A DNA stretch of 64,000 nt. Source: Halodesulfurarchaeum sp. Its GTDB lineage: Archaea; Halobacteriota; Halobacteria; Halobacteriales; Halobacteriaceae. Of the stretch, positions 1 to 7,175 are shown piece after piece. The notes under the pieces are model-generated. The model was not told the DNA's origin. It was given only the letters and a program-made list of their open reading frames with translations, and searched no databases. The stretch's first letter is position 1. Every line of letters starts with the position of its first letter. The stretch is from positions 832,001 to 896,000 of the forward strand of contig JAXHNL010000002.1 in NCBI GenBank assembly GCA_034520565.1, written 5' to 3'. The position numbers were made by a program, and so were the translations under genes.

Positions 1-2123
1 GAAGCGGAAGTACGCCGAAATCGAGCAGGACGAGCTTCGGCGCCGTCTAGTGTCTATGGCTAACGTTCACACCGCCGAAAGATTTGATATCGATGTACCG
101 AGTGGAGCCTACGAACGAATGGCGAAGGCACTAGAGGATGATAACAGGTGGGGGGGGGGCGGTTGCTGAGACAGATTGGTTCAAAACGGCACAGTCGTTG
201 GCTGAGCAATGGGATTTCTATCATTGGAAACTAGCATTTCCAGAAGTGTTCTATGAAAAAGGAGGCGAGTTGAAAGAAGGAGGCGGATTCGATGCGGTGA
301 TCGGCAACCCGCCTTATGTGTCAAATTGGAAATTAACCGAGATGAATGAACATCTCCCGGACCACTTAGAAAATCTATATCCGGATGTTGCTGTAGGACA
401 TTGGGATTTTTTTGTACCGTTCTGTTACAGAGCGGTTTCTCTTACTAGCCAAAGTGGATATCAATCGTTTATTACTCCGACCTCGCTTGCCACGGAAAAA
501 TATGCAAGAGAACTTCGTGATTTCCTTATAAAAGAATGTCAGTTGGAGTCTTTAGTCAACTTCGGGGAACACCGCGTCTTCAACCACGTAGATAGACAAT
601 ATGTGGTCTATATTGTTTCACCCACTTCACGTAACGAAGAATGTCAAATCGTTACCTATGATGGCGTTGATTTCCGTCCAGAGTACACCATCGATCCTCG
701 CGAATTTCTTGAATATTCGAATTCAATGCTAAGAATCGACATATCCCAACGAGATATTAGTATTAAAAACAAAATTGAGAAACAAAGCATCCGAACTGGT
801 CATCTATGTTGTGTTAATCCCGGAGTAGTTGCTCACAGTGCAAAGGACAGTCCTCTCGATTTCAATAAAGATGACGTAATCGTAGGAAATCCATCCTCAA
901 ACGCTGTGAAGTACCTTTCTGGGAAAGATATTGACCGCCACCAGATTGTATGGGGTGGGAAATATATGGAGTATTATAAGCATCAAAAATATTTCCACCG
1001 TCCAAAATTCCCGGACCTTTTCGAATCACCGAAAATTATGTTCTCCGGCATAAGTAGTGAGAAAAACCGGATAAAGAGTGTTTACGACTCGGAAGGTTAC
1101 TTTACAAATCATAACATCAACCATGCTACCTTATGGAGAGAAAGCATCCAACAGCACCACTCCTCAGCAGATTATGAAATAGCAGACAATGTAGAGAAAT
1201 ATAACATGAAGTACATTTCTGCTATCGTGAACTCAACTTTGATGGCATACTATTTCTCTAACTTCTTAGCAACGGGAACTCTTCAAGGATCATATAGTAG
1301 TGTCTACCCAGAGAATATCCGACAACTCCCCATCAAGATCCTACCTGATAGTGTGAATCTTTCCGATTCCGGAACGGAAGGAAGAGCTCTTATGGAAAAA
1401 GGAGAAGAGATTGAAAAGTTAGAAACGCTCCCTAAAATCTTAAACCAAAAAGATACATCCATTGAAACTTTAGCGAACACATTAGTTTACTTATTGGTTT
1501 CAATTCGAGAGGCAAGTGATGAACGAGGCACACTCTCGTTGGATCTCAGAACGTATCTCAGCGGATATTCACAAGGATCAGTGCTTCCAGAGGTAGCATC
1601 GTATCAGCCCGGTGCCAATCCAGAAAGCATTCTACATTCAACTAAGCAAGATTATAAGAACCTTCGAATCGGCACAGTCACCTGCGAACGCGAAACCGAA
1701 TCCACGGTAGTTGTCCACGCTACAGCCCGCTACAAACCCGACGACGAAGACGCCCACAAAACCGACCAGTGGGGCTACACCGAAACCGAGCCGATCCCAG
1801 CGATGCGCCTCATGGACCTCTCCGAAACCGAGGCCGACCTCGTGGAGGCCTTCGTCCCGGTCGCCGTCGAGAAGGCCGGTGGCTTCGCCGGGTTCCGCGA
1901 GACGGCCACGAAAACGAACTCGCTGATCGACCGCCTGGAGGCGATCACGCTTCCCGATCCCGACGACGTGGCCGACGACCTCGATCGGTACAACGAGGCC
2001 GTCGAACGGGCAGCGGAACTCGATGAGAAGATCCAGCAGACCGACGATCTGATCGACGAGATTGTCTACGAACTCTACGGGTTGACCGAGGAGGAGATCG
2101 AGATCGTGGAGGAATCTGTTTGA
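1..2123 (+). CDS. Eco57I/type IIG-like N6-adenine DNA methyltransferase (restriction-modification), 5'-truncated by the window edge, frameshifted at G10 run 150-159
   Basis: FYHWKLAFPEVF...GFDAVIGNPPY amino-MTase motif IV, TaqI_C-like specificity region, C-terminal DDLIDEIVYELYGLTEEEI tail. The frame starting at nt 2 (…RLVSMANVHTAERFDIDVPSGAYERMAKALEDDNRW) is open up to the G run and joins the 138..2123 frame if one G is removed. Confidence 0.85.
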
Positions 2124-2311
2124 GCGGTAGTCAATGAACGCATCCAATTCAAAGGAACGATAACTCTCCAATCTTATTGTAATCTTCTTCTTACTAAATT
2201 GTCAATTACCTCCTCGTATCGTTAGACGGTGAAGCAACCCTTCTGGACTGGCGAAATCATCAATAGAACTCCGTGGGAATTATTAACAATCAACTCCGTG
2301 AAGGAAATTAG

Positions 2312-4318
2312 ATGAAAGTCAACCGAGTTAGGGTTCAAAATTACAAGCCTATTATCGATAGCGGTTGGGTTGATGTAGAGGGTGGCATAACAACCCTTAT
2401 AGGCGGCAATGAAAGTGGAAAAACTTCGTTCTTAGAAGCGATTCGCTCATTTGGAGACGATGAACCATATTCTGGGTCAGAGATTTGCGATCAAATAGAT
2501 TCGAACAAATCGAAGGACGAACTACCAATTGTCACCATCGAGTTCCAGATGGAGATGGAGGATATTGAGACAATTCAGGAATCAGATAGCGATGTAACAA
2601 ACAAAGAGTTTAAAATAACCAAATTCGCAGATGGCTCAAAGATTAAACAAGATAGAGTGTTCATCGGGGAAGACTACAAATTTTCCAAAGTCATTGAGCC
2701 AACTTTAGCGAGTCTTAAGGATATGACCGATGACTTTGAGGATTTAGCCGAGAGAATGGGTGGTCAATATCGGCAACACTACTCGGAGGAGCTCCAACCA
2801 GTATTAGAGGAGATTGTAAAAAGTGAACATGAAGAAGATGATTTCTTAGATTTGTATAATGAACTTGAAACTGCTCTTAACAATATCCCCGAGGATAACA
2901 ATGAAATCAAAAATAAAAAAGAAGAATATCTACAAATTTGGGAAAATGAAGAAAAGCGCATTTTTGACAAGATTTCAGACTTTCCAAATCTCAACGAATA
3001 CCTGCCTAACATTGTTTACCACTCTGAATTTGACCTAATTTCTGATGAGGTAAATGAGTCATCCTTGGACTCGGAAGAATTCAAAACTTTTAGAAATTTC
3101 TTGGAGATAGTTGGAATTAATCCGGATGAATTCTCAGAGTTAAGTCCAATTGAGCGCAGGAGAGTTACTGATAGGGCTGAAGGGGAAATTGAGGGGGAAG
3201 TGAACAAAATCTGGGAACAGAAGGAGGTAGAGGTAGATTTGTACTATGAAAATGAAATATTCTACGCCCAGATCAAGGATGATCGGATCCGAGATGACCA
3301 AGCGGTGGATAGGGAATTACGACGACCTTCAGAACGTAGCAAAGGATTCCAATGGTTTTTCTCATTTTATATAAATCTCACCGCGCAGTCAGAGAAAAGT
3401 CAAGATAATTCCCTCATACTACTTGATGATCCTGCGGTATTTCTACATCCACAAGGCAAACGCAATTGGCTGGAGGCAATTGAAGATCTGTCGGATGGTA
3501 ACCAAATCATCTATTCAACTCATTCTCCTTTCTTGATTAGAAAAGATTACCCACGTAGGATTAGGTTAGTTTCGGACCAAGGTGATTTAGGCTCGAAGGT
3601 TATGAGTGAACTCCACAAGGGTGATTCAACCACACTAGAGCCTCTTAGGAATGCATTAGGAATCGGGCTAGGTGACTCACCATTTGTTTCGAAAAGAAAG
3701 ATACTCGTAGAGGGGATCTCAGATTATAATATCCTAATCGGGGTGGCGAATTACTTCAGAGACCATCTAGAGGAAGATATTCTTGACTGGTCTGAGGTCA
3801 CAGTTATGCCAACAAATGGTGCGGATCAAATGATACAAGCTGCAAAATGGGTTGCCTCCGAAGAATTCTCTTACGCCCTGTTATTGGATAATGACGAAAA
3901 AGGAAAACAAGTCCAAGATGACATATCGGAGCATCATCAGGATGTAGATGATGATCGGGTATTTTTACTTCATAAGGAAGAGGGACCACCATTCCATCTG
4001 GAAATAGAAGACATGTTCGCTCCCGAATTTCTCATAGATTGCGTCAACGAAGCATATTCGGAACAATTTGACGATTGGTCTCGGATTGACATTGAAGAGG
4101 ACGAGGATGAAACCTGGCTAATTGAGGGTGTGGAATATTCAGGTCGCAAAATCATGTCTAAACTGACCAAAATTTTCGACGAACGAGAACGAGGCGACCC
4201 TGATAAAGTTCTCATCGCAAATGAAATCCGAGACAGACTTACATCTGGCCACAATGATCTTGAGTCAGGAGCCGAATCATTCAAACACATTTTAGGAAAA
4301 ATACGAAATGTAACTTGA
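2312..4318 (+). CDS. OLD-family ATP-dependent endonuclease (ABC/AAA_15 ATPase + TOPRIM)
   Basis: N-terminal VQNYKPI, Walker A GGNESGKT, signature-like SKGFQWFFSF, Walker B LILLDDP, H-loop STHSP, TOPRIM VEGISD and DNDEKG. Confidence 0.85.
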   Translation: MKVNRVRVQNYKPIIDSGWVDVEGGITTLIGGNESGKTSFLEAIRSFGDDEPYSGSEICDQIDSNKSKDELPIVTIEFQMEMEDIETIQESDSDVTNKEFKITKFADGSKIKQDRVFIGEDYKFSKVIEPTLASLKDMTDDFEDLAERMGGQYRQHYSEELQPVLEEIVKSEHEEDDFLDLYNELETALNNIPEDNNEIKNKKEEYLQIWENEEKRIFDKISDFPNLNEYLPNIVYHSEFDLISDEVNESSLDSEEFKTFRNFLEIVGINPDEFSELSPIERRRVTDRAEGEIEGEVNKIWEQKEVEVDLYYENEIFYAQIKDDRIRDDQAVDRELRRPSERSKGFQWFFSFYINLTAQSEKSQDNSLILLDDPAVFLHPQGKRNWLEAIEDLSDGNQIIYSTHSPFLIRKDYPRRIRLVSDQGDLGSKVMSELHKGDSTTLEPLRNALGIGLGDSPFVSKRKILVEGISDYNILIGVANYFRDHLEEDILDWSEVTVMPTNGADQMIQAAKWVASEEFSYALLLDNDEKGKQVQDDISEHHQDVDDDRVFLLHKEEGPPFHLEIEDMFAPEFLIDCVNEAYSEQFDDWSRIDIEEDEDETWLIEGVEYSGRKIMSKLTKIFDERERGDPDKVLIANEIRDRLTSGHNDLESGAESFKHILGKIRNVT

Positions 4319-4346
4319 AATTAGTGATTTAAAGTTTACAATACTG

Positions 4347-4789
4347 ATGTGGGTCGCAGAAGCCAATCTTGAACCGGAAGGTGGTCTATGTCCAGATTAT
4401 GTTGCGTACGATGAGACGGTCGTCAAAGTCAAAGACGAGCGGTTCAGACTCGTGGCGGCGGACGAGTCTAATGCAAACAACATCCTGTGTTTTGGCCTAT
4501 TTTGTTGAGTAATACAACAATGACGAAGATGTTTTTGTGCAATCTCAAAGGAAAACACGCTTGCAAGGATGCCGAATATTTATCGATGGTGCGACGTGGT
4601 TGAATGCTGGGTAATTTGAACTTGGTATGTGCTTTCGAAACGAAACGGTGGAAACCTTGGTAAACGCATATTTCAATTGATAAACCAACGAACTAATTAT
4701 TTTGTAATATATTTTCGCGGACAAGTCTAAACGGTCGAGAACAGGGGTAAGGTGCAAAACTGCTCGGAATTAGTTTATCTGAACACACC
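4347..4789 (+). mobile_element. Degenerate IS6-family transposase remnant (3' part) with right terminal repeat-like sequence
   Basis: Manual translation gives WVAEANLEPEGGLCPDYVAYDETVVKVKDERFRLVAA, then broken frames MFLCNLKGKH…DAE…IDGATWL…KRIFQ…QRT, resembling the haloarchaeal IS6 DDE core. Ends in TTATCTGAACACACC (4775-4789), like haloarchaeal IS6 ends. Multiple stops and frameshifts. Confidence 0.7.
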
Positions 4790-4858
4790 TGCTGAATTTG
4801 GTGGCAGAAATTGATTAGAGATGAGAGTTCATCAACGCAAAATATCTAGTATCACCAT

Positions 4859-5551
4859 CTATTTTTCTGACTCTTTATTTTCATTGAAATATTCCTCAAG
4901 GTTTTCGGAATCAAAACTAAGATAAACCGAATCTGGACGGAATTGGCCAACTAACCCCAATAGTGTCGAGGGCACGAATGTTAGTAGGAGAAGGCCTAGA
5001 AGGGGCCAAAGCCCATGTAGATATGCAACTGATCCTGAAGTCACGGAATCAACTACACTCAATCCAAAGAAAATCACTGCTATTACTGCGGAAGCTGCTG
5101 AAATAGTCAACAGCCAAAAACATTCCCCACTCGTTTGTTTCGATCTATTACTGGTGGCTCCTATGTATTCTCGGAACTCCTTATCATTAATTTCACCGCT
5201 GAGGTAGTTCTCGAAAACTGTTAACTCGGGATTTAATGATGCCCGAGACCTGACGAACGCGCTTGTTGCCGCCCCCGCAGAGAACAGCCAAAAGACTCCT
5301 CCTCCAAACGCATAGAGATTCACGAAGAATAGTTCAAACTGATTGAGCCCTTGAAGTTGGAACAGAACCGGAGCGGCCACTAAGATACTGGCAATAAGTA
5401 GGTTAATTTGTAACATTTTCAGGGCATGATTCGCTTGTTCTGTTTTACGACTCTGTATGTGATCAAGATAGAGACGAGCCCCATCTCCTATTTCGGGCAA
5501 AATTTTGCTTTCGGATGGATCATCTCCCATACTTAATTCCCATTTAGGCAC
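4859..5551 (-). CDS. Hypothetical multi-pass membrane protein (about 4 TM helices)
   Basis: 230-aa ATG ORF in AT-rich DNA, two pairs of hydrophobic segments, acidic tail. Confidence 0.7.
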   Translation of the reverse strand: MPKWELSMGDDPSESKILPEIGDGARLYLDHIQSRKTEQANHALKMLQINLLIASILVAAPVLFQLQGLNQFELFFVNLYAFGGGVFWLFSAGAATSAFVRSRASLNPELTVFENYLSGEINDKEFREYIGATSNRSKQTSGECFWLLTISAASAVIAVIFFGLSVVDSVTSGSVAYLHGLWPLLGLLLLTFVPSTLLGLVGQFRPDSVYLSFDSENLEEYFNENKESEK

Positions 5552-5639
5552 CCCGATTATTCTTTGGGAACCATTGACTGAACTTCATTTATTTCCATTT
5601 CTCGTTTCACCATACCATCTCCGTGTGGGTGCGAGAATT

Positions 5640-5904
5640 GCATACCGCGACGAGCGGCGCGGGTCGCGGTTTCACCGGACGAGCGAAGCGAGTCCGGCCT
5701 TTTTCCCCAAGTTTTGTGAGGAATGGTTCGCCGGAGGCGAATCCGACGAACAAAAAGTGGGATGCCACCTCCCGGATTTGAACCGAAGGAAGACATGCTC
5801 ACTCGCTTCGCTCGTTGCGCGTGCCTTCCAGGGCTCAAATCCGGTCGGGACACGTTCTGGATTCGAACGCTCCTCGCTACGCTCGTCGGTTCGAATCACA
5901 GAAG
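5640..5904. repeat. Hairpin-rich tRNA-linked repeat region with 23-bp direct copy of the tRNA-Phe 3' end (5763-5785, att-like)
   Basis: tgccacctcccggatttgaaccg at 5763-5785 and 5905-5927. Stem-loops carry CGAGCGNAGCGAG at 5680-5692 (+), 5802-5814 (-) and 5873-5885 (-). Confidence 0.85.
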
Positions 5905-5978
5905 TGCCACCTCCCGGATTTGAACCGGGGACAGCTCGATCTTCAGTCGAGTGCTCTCCCAGTCTGAGCTAAGGCGGC
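5905..5978 (-). tRNA. tRNA-Phe (GAA)
   Basis: GCCGCCTTAGCTCAGACTGGGAGAGCA-CTCGA-CTGAAGA-TCGAG-CTGTCCCCGGTTCAAATCCGGGAGGTGGCA folds as a cloverleaf, anticodon GAA, no encoded CCA. Confidence 0.97.
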
Positions 5979-6083
5979 GCATCCAAAAACTGGCTGACCA
6001 CGGCCAAAAGGATTTCGAATCGGTGGATGAACTCGGCGATTCCAACCAGCCGACTCAAGGCAAGCGAGCCCAAAGAACCCGCC

Positions 6084-7112
6084 ATGCAACCGGGGAAGGT
6101 CGATCGCGACTTCTTCGACGCGTTCATCGAGGGCCGTCTGGGGGCCACCCGCGAGGACGTCCTCCTCGGCCCCACCTACGGTGCCGACTTCGGCCTTCTC
6201 TCGATCGACGACCACGCCCTCGCCATCGCGACGGACCCCATCTTCGTGCTCCGCGATCTGGGCCTCGAACGGGCGGCCTGGTTCGCCTTCCACGTCGTCC
6301 TGAGCGACGTCGCCCTCTCCGGACTGGCCCCTTCCCACCTGGCGGTGGATTTGGCGTTGCCTCCCGATACCGACCCCGAGACCTTCGAGACGATTTGGAC
6401 GGTCTTCGACGCCGAGGCTCGCGAATTGGGCGTGAGCATCGTCACCGGGCACACGGGCGCCTACGCGGGCGCGGCGTTCCCGACCATCGGAGCCGGGACG
6501 GCGCTGGCCGTTGGCGACCCGGAGCAGGTGGTCCGGCCCACCGGGGCCGAACCCGGTGACCGACTGCTCGTGACCAAGGGCCCGGCGATCGAGACGACCG
6601 GCATCCTCGCGACCGTCTTCGGCGACGAACTGGACCTCCCGGCAGCGAGCGTCTCGGCGGCCCGGGATCGGTTTTTCGACACCAGTCCGGTCGAAACCGC
6701 CCGGGTGGCCGCGTCGGCGGGGCCGGTGACTGCGATGCACGACGCGACGGAGGGCGGGCTGGCGAACGCACTCCACGAGTTGGCCCACGCGAGTAAGGTG
6801 GGGCTGGCTGTCGAATCCGACCGGGTGCCGGTCATGGACGGCGTCGAGGCAGTCTGCTCGCACTTCGAAATCGATCCGTGGCAGGCCTCGAGTTCGGGGA
6901 CGGTGCTCGTGACGGTGGCTCCTGACGGGGCTGCGGCGGTCCTCGATGGGCTCGAGACGGCCGGTATTCCGGCCGCCGAGGCCGGGACGGTGACCGACAC
7001 GGGGAACGTCCTGGTCGATGGCGACCCCATTACCGTGCCCGAAACCGACCCGTTCTGGCCGACCTACGAACGAGTCCGGGAGCAGTATGGAGCGGGAAGC
7101 CAGAGGAATTAA
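6084..7112 (+). CDS. AIR synthase family protein (HypE/ThiL-like)
   Basis: ATDPI, SDVALSG, VTGHTG, AMHDATEGGL motifs; start set at ATG 6084. Confidence 0.85.
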   Translation: MQPGKVDRDFFDAFIEGRLGATREDVLLGPTYGADFGLLSIDDHALAIATDPIFVLRDLGLERAAWFAFHVVLSDVALSGLAPSHLAVDLALPPDTDPETFETIWTVFDAEARELGVSIVTGHTGAYAGAAFPTIGAGTALAVGDPEQVVRPTGAEPGDRLLVTKGPAIETTGILATVFGDELDLPAASVSAARDRFFDTSPVETARVAASAGPVTAMHDATEGGLANALHELAHASKVGLAVESDRVPVMDGVEAVCSHFEIDPWQASSSGTVLVTVAPDGAAAVLDGLETAGIPAAEAGTVTDTGNVLVDGDPITVPETDPFWPTYERVREQYGAGSQRN

Positions 7113-7175
7113 CCGCACCCGCTCCATGCTCTGCTGTATGCGAATGCGGTCCCGTTCGGATCGGAGGAACACGCG

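Noticed and set aside
2312-4318. Calling the OLD gene Gabija or a retron effector
   Set aside because: No UvrD helicase or reverse transcriptase is adjacent within the window
5763-5927. Two-copy direct repeats here and at 46580-46727 as a mini-CRISPR
   Set aside because: Only two copies each, spacers too long and highly structured, repeats are copies of gene ends, no cas genes in the window
5505-5972. ORFs overlapping the tRNA-Phe trailer (5505-5972, 5557-5853, 5672-5899)
   Set aside because: They run through the tRNA and its hairpin repeats; best explained as non-coding structure
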